A stretch of DNA of 64,000 nucleotides from an uncultured Candidatus Poseidoniales archaeon (GTDB taxonomy: Archaea; Thermoplasmatota; Poseidoniia; Poseidoniales; Poseidoniaceae), in contig CAZNXM010000006.1 of the NCBI GenBank assembly GCA_964577145.1, positions 878-64,877 of the forward strand. Reading direction: 5' to 3'. The notes under the pieces are model-generated. The model was not told the DNA's origin and did not search any database. It saw only the letters and a program-made list of their open reading frames with translations. The position numbers and the translations under genes were made by a program. Shown here piece by piece: positions 29,180 to 38,554 of the stretch. Position 1 is the stretch's first letter, and each line of letters opens with the position of its first letter.

Positions 29180-30388
29180 ATGGGTGTCAAACTTGGACCG
29201 GCCGGAGTACCACTATCCTGTAAGGGTCGCACAATTGTAGAAGGAATGGACGATATTATCTCTCTCGGACTTGAAACAATGGAAGTCCAAACCGTGCGCA
29301 TGGTAGCACCTCAGCACTTCGAGCAGTACTGGCAAGCAGGAGTTCTTGCCAACAAAACTGATTTCGAAATGAATATCCATGGGCCATATTATTCGGAGTT
29401 ACTCGGTAATCGCCTTGAACGAAACCGTAGCCTCGCTAAAGTCGAAGCTGCACTACAGGCTGCGAAGACGATTAACGCACGCCATGTTACACTTCACGCT
29501 GGACATTATGGAGAGATGAATCGCGGACAAGAAGCAAATGAGCAGGTCGCAAGCGTGTTCAAAGGAATTGTTCAGAGAATCCATGACATATGGAATGATG
29601 ATGAAGATGAATACCCAGTATTCCCTTGGTTGAAAGAAGGAACCGCTTCAAAAATCGGAGTAGAAACCAGCGGTCGTCAGGAATTATGGGGTAGCCTCGA
29701 AGAAGTATTGGAGGTCGTCAATCATGTTGAAGGAACCATTCCTGTTCTCAATCTAGCTCATATTCACGCACGTGGCCATGGACGCTTGCGAACCTCGGAA
29801 GACTACGGCGAGTTGTTTGACCAAGTTCGTGAAACCATAGGGACCAAACAATTCTACTGCCATTTCTCCGGTATTGAGCACCGAATGGGTAATGCTCTTC
29901 ACTACACTCAAATCAAGAAATCCGATTTGAACTTTGAACCATTGGCTGAGTTCTTAATCGAAGATGGTGCTTGGCTTGATGTCACATTGATCTCCGATTC
30001 GCCACTACTAGAACACGATGCCATGTTTATGCTTCAGAATATCGAGCGAGCACGCCATCGGCAACTTGAGCGCAAGGCTAGGGAAGACCGCAGAAAGGCC
30101 CTCGCTGCACAAGCGAATATTACTCCTGAAGAAATGGAGGCTCGTGAGGCTCAAGTTTCAGCAGCACGTGCAAAGGATGCTCTTGCAAGAGCAGAAGCTG
30201 CTGTGGCTGAAACCAAGGCTGCAGAGAAAGCAGAGGTCGCACCTGATACCGAGGACAAACCTGAACCCGCTAAGAAAGCGGCTCCTAAGAAAAAAGCGGC
30301 TCCTAAGAAGAAAGCAGCGGCTAAGAAGAAGGAGGAGGACAACTCTGACCTCTTTGCCGTAGACGAAGAAGACGATGACCTCTTCTGA
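29180..30388 (+). CDS. nfo: Archaeal endonuclease IV (TIM barrel) with long charged C-terminal tail
   Basis: GPAGVP, GLETMEVQ, HGPYY, H.G.Y, ETSGR...GSLEE, AHIHAR, HFSGIE, ISDSPLLE.DA. Confidence 0.82.
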   Translation: MGVKLGPAGVPLSCKGRTIVEGMDDIISLGLETMEVQTVRMVAPQHFEQYWQAGVLANKTDFEMNIHGPYYSELLGNRLERNRSLAKVEAALQAAKTINARHVTLHAGHYGEMNRGQEANEQVASVFKGIVQRIHDIWNDDEDEYPVFPWLKEGTASKIGVETSGRQELWGSLEEVLEVVNHVEGTIPVLNLAHIHARGHGRLRTSEDYGELFDQVRETIGTKQFYCHFSGIEHRMGNALHYTQIKKSDLNFEPLAEFLIEDGAWLDVTLISDSPLLEHDAMFMLQNIERARHRQLERKAREDRRKALAAQANITPEEMEAREAQVSAARAKDALARAEAAVAETKAAEKAEVAPDTEDKPEPAKKAAPKKKAAPKKKAAAKKKEEDNSDLFAVDEEDDDLF

Positions 30389-30401
30389 AGCAACCCCTTC
30401 A

Positions 30402-31709
30402 TCAGCGGTTATCTTGTAGAATTAAGCGGCCACTACCTTGTCCTTTAGGACCACATGCCGGGCAACTATGCCAGATTCCATCTGAGCGTTGATACTTTGA
30501 TTTCTTACTGGTAATAAGTGAAGATACATCCTTACCGCAATCTGAGCACATCATTAGGAAATCAGGGTCTGAATCTGAACTCTCGAATTCTAATTCTAAC
30601 TCGATTTTGTCATTTTTAGATTGTGGGATTCGAACATTTCGACCACCCATTTGGCTCAAAATTGTAGAAACTCCAATTCCACCGAGCAGCGATGCACCGC
30701 CTACTGTGATTAAATCGGCTGTATCGCCACTACCCGTGATACTAACATCGTCTTCCGAACTGCTCACGCTGTTAACTGGCTCATCATTGTTGCACACAGG
30801 GCATATTGTAATACAACCTGAAGAATTTACTGAAGTTTCTGTAAATCTTTCATTTGAAGTTTTATTTGAAGTAAATGGCTCATAACAGATGTCATCAATA
30901 TTTCGAACACCATCACCATCATCATCTCCAAGTGCTTCACAAACGCTTGTACTCATCCTAGATGTTGTTGGACTATTATTGAAGTCAAATGGGTCAGCAC
31001 CACATGCGCTTTCCAATTTATCACTCCACCCATCTTTATCTGAATCTAGCATGAGTAACCCGGGTTTGACTTCATCTGGACATGAACTACCATATCTAAC
31101 GGATTCAGAAACTGCAGTATTCATCAATCGTGATAGTTCCTGGGATTGTGAATCGAAAATTGTGGCAGTAATCCAATAACATCCACTGCTTGAAGCGAGG
31201 CCAGTATTCATAATGAAACCATCACTTTGTATTGTATTTGGAAGAATTGACGAAGTGAATTCACTCTGACCGGACTCACCTGTGTTCACAATTATCCTGC
31301 CGCTAAATGAATCGGCCCCTCCAGCTAAAGATATGTCACTAAGCGCTACGATTGTATTATCGTGTTGAGAAGTATTTGTTGCATCGTTGGCGAGGATTCC
31401 GAACATCTGCCAATTGATCACAAATGTACGATTGAGTTCAAGACCTGATGCGCCGATAACTACCAGAAGACGCTCTGCCGGATAAGACAAATCATAGACT
31501 TGAGCATCTGAATCCCACATTATTGGACTTGTATCCTGTTGATCTTCTAGAATCCTTACTTCAAGATGGCCGTGGGTAGTCAAGTCGCCACCATGCGACT
31601 CGCGACTTACTGATTCTGGAGCAAGTTTTTCGACAGGTTGCTCGTCCAATAATAGTGCAATACTTGTTGTTAATAAACAACAAACCAACAAAACATGTGA
31701 GATTTTCAT
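30402..31709 (-). CDS. Secreted/TM protein with DxDxDG Ca-binding repeats and C-terminal Zn ribbon
   Basis: Signal peptide; DSDKDG and DDDGDG..DIC; TM segment; CSDC...CPAC tail. Confidence 0.7.
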   Translation of the reverse strand: MKISHVLLVCCLLTTSIALLLDEQPVEKLAPESVSRESHGGDLTTHGHLEVRILEDQQDTSPIMWDSDAQVYDLSYPAERLLVVIGASGLELNRTFVINWQMFGILANDATNTSQHDNTIVALSDISLAGGADSFSGRIIVNTGESGQSEFTSSILPNTIQSDGFIMNTGLASSSGCYWITATIFDSQSQELSRLMNTAVSESVRYGSSCPDEVKPGLLMLDSDKDGWSDKLESACGADPFDFNNSPTTSRMSTSVCEALGDDDGDGVRNIDDICYEPFTSNKTSNERFTETSVNSSGCITICPVCNNDEPVNSVSSSEDDVSITGSGDTADLITVGGASLLGGIGVSTILSQMGGRNVRIPQSKNDKIELELEFESSDSDPDFLMMCSDCGKDVSSLITSKKSKYQRSDGIWHSCPACGPKGQGSGRLILQDNR

Positions 31710-31828
31710 ATTTTCCCTCAATTTCGGGAGGGGGTTTTGGGCAATCAACCTTACCAAGGGAATTTCAATCAATGCTGTGCAATGTCATTCAACCCATTGA
31801 ACCCTACTTTGAGCACCTTGCACAAGGG

Positions 31829-31846
31829 AATCCCCTAAAGGGGATT
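31829..31846. promoter_or_regulatory. Inverted repeat AATCCCCT-AA-AGGGGATT centred on TATA-like box of gpsA
   Basis: Perfect 8-bp arms; CTAAAGG starts 30 nt before ATG 31865. Confidence 0.5.
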
Positions 31847-31864
31847 GGTTAGCCACGAAGTAAC

Positions 31865-32863
31865 ATGGCTCACATCGCAGTGCTCGGATTGGGGAACTGG
31901 GGAAGCGCAATTGCAAAACTGTGGATTGCTGAAGGTCACAGAGTCAAGGGCTGGACTATTGAGCAAGAAGTCTACGAATCTATCACCATGGAGGGTATGA
32001 ATCACAAGTACCTACCAGAGCACTCACTCGAAGGTATTGAAGCTACTATGCACCTCGAAGAAGCTCTTGATGGAACAGAGATTATCGTACTCGCTCTTCC
32101 CTCATCTGTAATCTTAGGAGTTGTAGAAGACATCCTTCCTCACCTTCGCCCAGGTCATGTTTTACTCGACCTCGCCAAAGGTTTAGCTCCTGGGAAGCGT
32201 TTGATCAGTGAAGCCATTCACGAAATGCTCAGCGAGAAGGATATGCACAATCCGTTAGCAGTTCTAACTGGACCTACCATCGCTCCTGAAGCAGCAGGCG
32301 GAGTAATGACAACTGCGTTAGTAGCAAGCGAAGATGAATCGGTTGCAGTTCGGCTCGCGAAAACCTTGACCACTCCAACTTTTATTCTGCATGCAGCCTC
32401 TGACCCTGCGGGTGCAGAATTGTGGGGGGCATTCAAGAATGTCGTCGCTCTTGCTTGTGGCCTTGTCGACGGCTTGAAACAAACTGGTACCCTTGGTGGA
32501 GACAATCTCAAAGCTGCAATTTTCAGTGCCGGATTCCGTGAAGGGTGTATCCTTCTACCTCAATTAGGAGCAAGGGCGGAAGTTGCATTCGGACCTGCAG
32601 GTCTTGGGGACCTCTATGTTACTGCAACTTCACCACACGGCAGAAATCGTAGAATGGGTGAAAAACTCGGAAGTGGATTAACTCTTGAACAAGCTCTAGA
32701 GGAGATGGTAATGGTCGCTGAAGGAGTAAGGGCTGCTCGTATGTTTAGGGATAGAGCAAAGGATCTTGGCCTTGATGTGCCATTCGTAAATGCACTCAAT
32801 ACTCTCCTCGATGGATTCATCGAAAGCGAAGAATGTTGCCGCCGAATGGTCGCCCTTACCTGA
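31865..32863 (+). CDS. gpsA: NAD(P)H-dependent glycerol-3-phosphate dehydrogenase, bacterial type
   Basis: VLGLGNWGSA, AKG, GPTIAPE, GAFKNVVALACG, GDN.KA, GLGDL..T..S..GRNR, EG. Confidence 0.93.
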   Translation: MAHIAVLGLGNWGSAIAKLWIAEGHRVKGWTIEQEVYESITMEGMNHKYLPEHSLEGIEATMHLEEALDGTEIIVLALPSSVILGVVEDILPHLRPGHVLLDLAKGLAPGKRLISEAIHEMLSEKDMHNPLAVLTGPTIAPEAAGGVMTTALVASEDESVAVRLAKTLTTPTFILHAASDPAGAELWGAFKNVVALACGLVDGLKQTGTLGGDNLKAAIFSAGFREGCILLPQLGARAEVAFGPAGLGDLYVTATSPHGRNRRMGEKLGSGLTLEQALEEMVMVAEGVRAARMFRDRAKDLGLDVPFVNALNTLLDGFIESEECCRRMVALT

Positions 32864-32900
32864 TGGTCAGGTTGAAGGTCTGGGCCTTCATGGCAAGGTC

Positions 32901-33116
32901 ATGGCAGAGGAGATTACTGAGTTTGAGATGAGACTCTTTGAGTGGATTCGCCAATCGGATTTCGAAGAGGTCCCTTGGTCTACCAAGAAGGCTGCAAAAT
33001 CATTCAAAGTCAAGGAAGATGAAATCTACGAATCCTTAGCTGCATTAACACGCAAACTCCCAAACAGAATCCAAATCTCATATGCGGATGGCAACCTTCA
33101 CATTGCTGCTGAGTGA
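32901..33116 (+). CDS. Small hypothetical protein, possible winged helix
   Basis: 71 aa, MAEEITEFEMRLFEWI...; ATG 29 nt after TTGAAGG. Confidence 0.7.
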   Translation: MAEEITEFEMRLFEWIRQSDFEEVPWSTKKAAKSFKVKEDEIYESLAALTRKLPNRIQISYADGNLHIAAE

Positions 33117-33117
33117 T

Positions 33118-33456
33118 ATGACTGACACACTCTTTCTCGATGGCCTGTGTGCAATGTGCACGCGTTCGGGGTATTTTCTTTCACAACGTCTCTCTAAGGA
33201 ACTGATATTATCTGAATTGCAAAGTCCAGAAGGTGAAGAGACCCTCAAAAACAATCAGATTACTGCTGATACAGTAGTTTTAGTACGAAATGGCAAGGCA
33301 TACATTCGCTCTGCAGCAGGAATAAGGTGTCTGCTCTACATGCGTTGGAATTGGCGATGGATGTTTCCTTTCGCTTGGCTTATTCCACTACCATTACGGG
33401 ATCTCGTTTACATCATCATCTCAAAGACGAGACACAACTTCTCAAAGGCGAATTGA
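33118..33456 (+). CDS. DCC1-like (DUF393) thiol-disulfide oxidoreductase family protein
   Basis: LDGLCAMC, LQS, RSAA, P.PLRD.VY..I...R. Confidence 0.85.
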   Translation: MTDTLFLDGLCAMCTRSGYFLSQRLSKELILSELQSPEGEETLKNNQITADTVVLVRNGKAYIRSAAGIRCLLYMRWNWRWMFPFAWLIPLPLRDLVYIIISKTRHNFSKAN

Positions 33457-33463
33457 ATTCACT

Positions 33464-35089
33464 TCACAATCCGCCATCTCTGCGACCTTCGCGATATGCT
33501 TCAATCGCAGCACGAGCAATTGCTGCTGGGTCATTTACGATTTGACTATCGATTTTCGTCGAACCAAATAGAGCATCACCCACTAACACAGAATCAGACA
33601 TCACAAGCGACTTGCCATCTGATTCTTCAGATTCGCCGGCAATTGATTCCATGTTGTCCAATACTGCCTTCATATCTTCCAATTCCTCACTCTTTTCTTC
33701 GAGTTCATCTTCCATCACAATTACCCTTTCTTTAGTTTCATTCAATTCGGCTGTGAGAGTTTCTGCCTCTAGACGCGCCATTATCATTTGATGCTCTAGA
33801 CTTTGTATTACATCCTCAAGACGTGCAGCCTCATCTGATGATGATGGAGCAAGCAGTTCAGGTAATTCTTGTTGACCAGATTCTCTCGGCCTAACTGACT
33901 CGAGAAGTGATTCTTCTCCAGAATTGATTGTGGTATTGAGGAGTTTTACAACCGCTAATGAGCCTAGGAATGATAACAAAATATACATTAGCAAAAAAGC
34001 GTGTAATACGAATTCACCAGTTTGTCTGTGATCCCAGACTTCCCATTTGTAATATTGATATCCATCCAAGATTTCTAGGAATATTGCCATTAGCCCAATA
34101 ACAGTCAAAGTAGTAGATAGAATTAGAATAATTTCACTGCTTTTACTTTCATATTCTCCAGGCGTACTGGGTTCCATTTGTGGTGGTAGTTCAATTCTAC
34201 CTTCTACTACTCCGTCTGGGTCTAATGCTAGTTTTCTTATTGTGGAAACCTCAAGGTTTCTCAACTTTGATCTAGTAGTAATGAATTTCCCTGATCTAAT
34301 GAAGAACGGAACCATTCCACCAATGATAAATACTGACACAAAGAGATATCCTATCCAGAAATATGGACCATCCGGACCAAATGGAATATCCGTAGAATAA
34401 TCATCGAACATCGTTGGCCCTTCTACACTAAAATCGCTAGGGCCTGAACCCATGTATCTACCATCTACCCAAGTCTCCTCATAGGGGCTCCCCGCGTTTC
34501 TTTGCTCTGAATTGAAATAACAATTCTCTAAGTCGAAATTCCAATGGGAATCTAATCCTTCAACGAATTCTTCTTCCGTTTGTAAATAATTAAGTGATTC
34601 AGCGGCATTTTCACATTCGTCTTGCCCGAATCGCCACCCACTGCCAGACCATTCCTCAAACATAAACGCTGTAGCAGACATGATGAAAATTAATCCTGCA
34701 ATAGCAAACACAAGAGCAAACGGAGAGGTATGTTCTCCGGGATCAGATAATCCCGAGAACATTGGTTTCAACATAATTGAAACACCAATGATTATCGCTA
34801 TGAGAAAAATCCAATTAATGTATGAAAAATAAATATTCATCTCAAAACCTGGTAATCCTGCAGCGATGAGTCCTTGTAATAGAATAAATGCCAATATCGA
34901 GTAAACAACAACCCAAGAATGCTGCAACTCCACCCCCTTGAGTCTAGCAAAGATACCCCCGCCTTTGCCAGAGAGGAAACCTCCAACAGTTGATGGTATC
35001 TTAAACAGCTTGAATGATAATGCAATTATTGCGAAAATGAAAATAATACCAAAAATGCTCACATTCATGTTTATTGCTAATCGTTCCAT
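33464..35089 (-). CDS. Hypothetical multi-TM protein with C-terminal coiled coil
   Basis: 541-aa ORF with several TM helices, an acidic loop and a heptad-like acidic segment. Confidence 0.75.
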   Translation of the reverse strand: MERLAINMNVSIFGIIFIFAIIALSFKLFKIPSTVGGFLSGKGGGIFARLKGVELQHSWVVVYSILAFILLQGLIAAGLPGFEMNIYFSYINWIFLIAIIIGVSIMLKPMFSGLSDPGEHTSPFALVFAIAGLIFIMSATAFMFEEWSGSGWRFGQDECENAAESLNYLQTEEEFVEGLDSHWNFDLENCYFNSEQRNAGSPYEETWVDGRYMGSGPSDFSVEGPTMFDDYSTDIPFGPDGPYFWIGYLFVSVFIIGGMVPFFIRSGKFITTRSKLRNLEVSTIRKLALDPDGVVEGRIELPPQMEPSTPGEYESKSSEIILILSTTLTVIGLMAIFLEILDGYQYYKWEVWDHRQTGEFVLHAFLLMYILLSFLGSLAVVKLLNTTINSGEESLLESVRPRESGQQELPELLAPSSSDEAARLEDVIQSLEHQMIMARLEAETLTAELNETKERVIVMEDELEEKSEELEDMKAVLDNMESIAGESEESDGKSLVMSDSVLVGDALFGSTKIDSQIVNDPAAIARAAIEAYREGRRDGGL

Positions 35090-35155
35090 CTTTTGTTTCT
35101 TTCGCCAACAATGAGATCATAGATTCTGGGTTACTCTTTACTTGTTTCTTAGAAT

Positions 35156-35371
35156 TCACTCTTTAAGCTCTTTTGCAATTTCAGCATACTTCTCAGGATT
35201 CTGTACCTTGAGGAATTCGAGATAGTCTTCGATATTATCAAACTCGATTGGTAAGACCAGTATCTCTTCACAATCTTGACATTGGTAACGTTCTCCGGTC
35301 ATGAATCCCATCCATGGATAAACTCGGTAACCAAAACAATTTGAACAGATTCTAAAAGAAGACATTTTCAT
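35156..35371 (-). CDS. Small Zn-ribbon protein
   Basis: 71 aa with CSNC...G..Y.CQDC. Confidence 0.7.
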   Translation of the reverse strand: MKMSSFRICSNCFGYRVYPWMGFMTGERYQCQDCEEILVLPIEFDNIEDYLEFLKVQNPEKYAEIAKELKE

Positions 35372-35444
35372 CCCTACATTTGAATGTTGAAGTGGATAAT
35401 ATTTGAGTACTTCTTTGATGGTCCTTTCTAGGCTTTCCCTTTTA

Positions 35445-35873
35445 CTATGCGTCAGAGTAATCATTTTGCGAAGCGAAATCCGGCTTGAGATACTCAACGA
35501 ATTCGTACTCATTTTCATCAGCATCATAGAAGTAAATACGCTTTCGGTTGGGGTTGCCCAGAGAACTCATTCCTTCAGTAAACCCTGCATCGATTAATCT
35601 CTTTGATACTGCAGCAACATCTGAGACTACGAATCCTAGATGGTTTAGTCCAGGGTCAACATAAGGCTCATGTGGCCCCTTTTCCTTTGCACCCCTGTCT
35701 TCTATGGCAATATAATTGGTATCTGTACCAAGATGTACCCATCTGCGACAATTACTTTCCTCGTCACTTACATCTGCTCGAACTTTCCAATCTGGCATTG
35801 CAGTTTGGAAAAAACGAATCGCTTCATCGACATCGGTCACGGTGATGTTTACGTGCTCAAGATATGAGACCAT
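35445..35873 (-). CDS. VOC/glyoxalase family protein
   Basis: LEHVNITVTD, GLNHLGFVV, YFYDADENEYEFVEY. Confidence 0.9.
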   Translation of the reverse strand: MVSYLEHVNITVTDVDEAIRFFQTAMPDWKVRADVSDEESNCRRWVHLGTDTNYIAIEDRGAKEKGPHEPYVDPGLNHLGFVVSDVAAVSKRLIDAGFTEGMSSLGNPNRKRIYFYDADENEYEFVEYLKPDFASQNDYSDA

Positions 35874-35923
35874 GGCTGGTTTATTCTACCAACAGCCAAT
35901 AACATTGCCCTAGGACAACTTGT

Positions 35924-36790
35924 TCAGTTTAGCGGCTCTGATTCTTCTGCTGGGGTATGAGCATCTGTATCTCGCTTGTAGAGAATACCCATGATTGAAA
36001 GGTATCCTATCCAGGTGAAGAATTCAAGCATAGTAGGGTCGCCATTCCATCCTATTGTAGCTCGCATCATTCCACCTATTGCTCCTTTGTCATGCATTAC
36101 TGGGGCATCTCCAGAACCATCCCAATCTGGGTTTACATTCCATATTTCCTCATTGTATACTGGAATAATTCCCGCATCTTCTTCTTGTAATTCATGAACG
36201 CCATGAGCCGCTAAGCCAGCACCTACGAAGATCAGCAGGATTGTAGTTGCGGTGAATAATTTCTTGATATTGATTTTAGCGCCTTTGGAATGAATTAACC
36301 ATCCAAGGAAAACCGCCGCACTGATACCGATTAGCAGCCCAAGTATGGCCCAGTTAGTCTCTGTTCCAGCAGACATGAAAACAACTGTTTCCGAGCCCTC
36401 TCTCCAAACTGAGAGGAAGGCAATTACCGAGAGTGCTTTGGCTCCACCATCGAGGTCGGTTACTGCATCTTCTGCCAATTTTTCGAGTTCAGATTTGGAG
36501 TGGTGTTTGATCAAATGGAATACAACAATAGCGATTAGCCCTGCAGAAACCAACATCAGTACTCCCTCAAACCAAGCTTCGTTCTCAGCAAATCCTCCAA
36601 TGATGAATTCGAATGCTATTGCAGTGAAAATGCTCGCAATGATACCCAATCCCACTCCCTTCCAGATGCTATTCATTAATTCTGGCCGTGCTGATTTCTT
36701 CAGGATAAGCATGAAGATTACCACGATTAATGTGGCCTCCAGAGCTTCTCTAAATCCGATAAGACCTCCAGTCCAGAAATCGGCCATCAT
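35924..36790 (-). CDS. FTR1-family iron permease
   Basis: Two RExxE motifs (REALE, REGSE) and multiple TM segments. Confidence 0.9.
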   Translation of the reverse strand: MMADFWTGGLIGFREALEATLIVVIFMLILKKSARPELMNSIWKGVGLGIIASIFTAIAFEFIIGGFAENEAWFEGVLMLVSAGLIAIVVFHLIKHHSKSELEKLAEDAVTDLDGGAKALSVIAFLSVWREGSETVVFMSAGTETNWAILGLLIGISAAVFLGWLIHSKGAKINIKKLFTATTILLIFVGAGLAAHGVHELQEEDAGIIPVYNEEIWNVNPDWDGSGDAPVMHDKGAIGGMMRATIGWNGDPTMLEFFTWIGYLSIMGILYKRDTDAHTPAEESEPLN

Positions 36791-36821
36791 AGACCGGCGG
36801 GGGTAAAGCGCCCACTATAAT

Positions 36822-36839
36822 ATTTAGGGCACCCTAAAT
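36822..36839. promoter_or_regulatory. Candidate DtxR/IdeR-family operator ATTTAGGG-CA-CCCTAAAT
   Basis: Perfect 8-bp-arm palindrome abutting the TATTATAG box upstream of FTR1. Confidence 0.65.
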
Positions 36840-36842
36840 CTC

Positions 36843-37682
36843 TTATTCATTGGCTTCGAGATACTGTAAAACTATCATTTCTTCGAATACATCATTCCTC
36901 TGCGAAATGGTTGGGCGAGTAATTGTTAGTAAGGTTAGTTCGCCTCCAGTAGAAGGGAAACACACTACAATTACATTTGCAATAGTCGTGGTGAAACCAT
37001 CGTCTCTAATAACTTCAAAACGCATTACTGAGTACTCTTCTCCGTTATAATTATGCGTGGATTCTGTTTCTATTTCAGATAAGGAAAATGCATTTGCATC
37101 GATACTGATCACTGGAACTTTTTCATCTATTACTTCGATAGATTGACGAAGGCGTTCTTCATGCATTCCTAGCATGATGCCAATTTCTAGTGTAGATGTG
37201 GATTGGCCATAATGCGCAAATGTATGAGGTGTTCTAGCCACCAAAATACCGATTACTGCCCCATCGTGAAACCAGGTATATTGCTCACTAGCAGGCCATG
37301 CTGGAGCATGGGGATTCTCGGTAGCAATAGGCTCTCCCCAAGCAGTTGAACCAATAGGTGTCGATGTAGGTGTAAATGCACCTCCTACCAGTACAATGAC
37401 TAAGGCAATCGAAGTCAGTATTCGGCGTTGTCTGAATTGTGTCCATTCATCCCTGCCAGCCGGACTGATTACTGAGATAACAATCGCAAGGGGCCCTAGA
37501 ATCAATATTCCCAATGGTGTGAACCACATTGCTGCAATACCACAAGTTAGCGCAATAAGGGTAGTACGATCGAATCTTTCTGCCTTCCAACGGAGTGCCC
37601 CATATAGGGTTCCGAGAAGAGCAAACGATGTCACTACCCCGCCAATCACGGTTCGGCGAGTGATGGAAGATGGATAAGTCAA
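36843..37682 (-). CDS. Hypothetical membrane protein
   Basis: 279-aa ORF with N-terminal TM helices and a soluble C-terminal domain; start uncertain. Confidence 0.7.
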   Translation of the reverse strand: MTYPSSITRRTVIGGVVTSFALLGTLYGALRWKAERFDRTTLIALTCGIAAMWFTPLGILILGPLAIVISVISPAGRDEWTQFRQRRILTSIALVIVLVGGAFTPTSTPIGSTAWGEPIATENPHAPAWPASEQYTWFHDGAVIGILVARTPHTFAHYGQSTSTLEIGIMLGMHEERLRQSIEVIDEKVPVISIDANAFSLSEIETESTHNYNGEEYSVMRFEVIRDDGFTTTIANVIVVCFPSTGGELTLLTITRPTISQRNDVFEEMIVLQYLEANE

Positions 37683-37741
37683 ACCCTATTCAAGGGACTT
37701 TAGCGGCACATTGTAATGGGTGGCACGATATCTCAGGCCTA

Positions 37742-38554
37742 ATGGAGTCCATCCTCAGCCTGTCCGATGTGACTTATCGCCATCAGATTCGTGACACTTC
37801 TACATGGAAACCATGGGTTAAACGTGATGGAGCTGGAATACATTCCATTGACCTTGAAATCAAAGAAGGCGTAATCCTCGGATTAATCGGGCCTAATGGT
37901 GCAGGAAAAACAACTCTGCTCCGAGTGATTAGTGGAATTTTTACTCACGATGGTGAAATAGACAAGAACATCGAAACTAGGCGTAGCAACATCGGCCATA
38001 TGCCCGAACAAGTCCGGTGGGAAGGGCGTAGCACAGTAGCTGAAACTTTGACTGCTATGTCATTGATGCATGGAAGTGAAGTAGATGTCAATAAATTACT
38101 CAAACGGGTTGGCCTTAGTTCACGCTCTGATTTAATTCTCGATAATCTATCTCAAGGAATGCGTCAACGTTTATCGCTAGCCTGTGCCTTATTGGGAAAC
38201 CCTCGGATTCTCGTAATGGACGAACCCTTGAATGGCCTTGACCCGCTTGCACAGCGGGCTTTTTGCAATCTACTCAAACAATTGGCATCCAAGGGCGTTG
38301 CAATCATCATCTCTTCCCATCAAGTTGCAGAAATGGCAGACCTAGTTGACCGAATTGCCCTACTACACCACGGACAACTCTTGATTGAAGGCACTATCGA
38401 TTCAGTAAAAGATGCACTAGGGCTCGATGCTGATGATGTCGACTTAGTCGACATGATTTGTGCTGCAACAGGTATCGATCCTAGTGATGTGAGTATGGAC
38501 CTATCAGAAGATTCAATGTTACCATTCAAACGACTTGGAGTTGAGGAAGAATGA
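37742..38554 (+). CDS. ABC transporter ATP-binding protein
   Basis: Walker A GPNGAGKTT, signature LSQGMRQR, Walker B LVMDEP, SSH. Confidence 0.93.
   Translation: MESILSLSDVTYRHQIRDTSTWKPWVKRDGAGIHSIDLEIKEGVILGLIGPNGAGKTTLLRVISGIFTHDGEIDKNIETRRSNIGHMPEQVRWEGRSTVAETLTAMSLMHGSEVDVNKLLKRVGLSSRSDLILDNLSQGMRQRLSLACALLGNPRILVMDEPLNGLDPLAQRAFCNLLKQLASKGVAIIISSHQVAEMADLVDRIALLHHGQLLIEGTIDSVKDALGLDADDVDLVDMICAATGIDPSDVSMDLSEDSMLPFKRLGVEEE

Noticed and set aside
35905-35918. Near-palindrome TTGCCCTAGGACAA upstream of the VOC gene
   Set aside because: It has one mismatch and does not match the FTR1 operator spacing; too weak to call.
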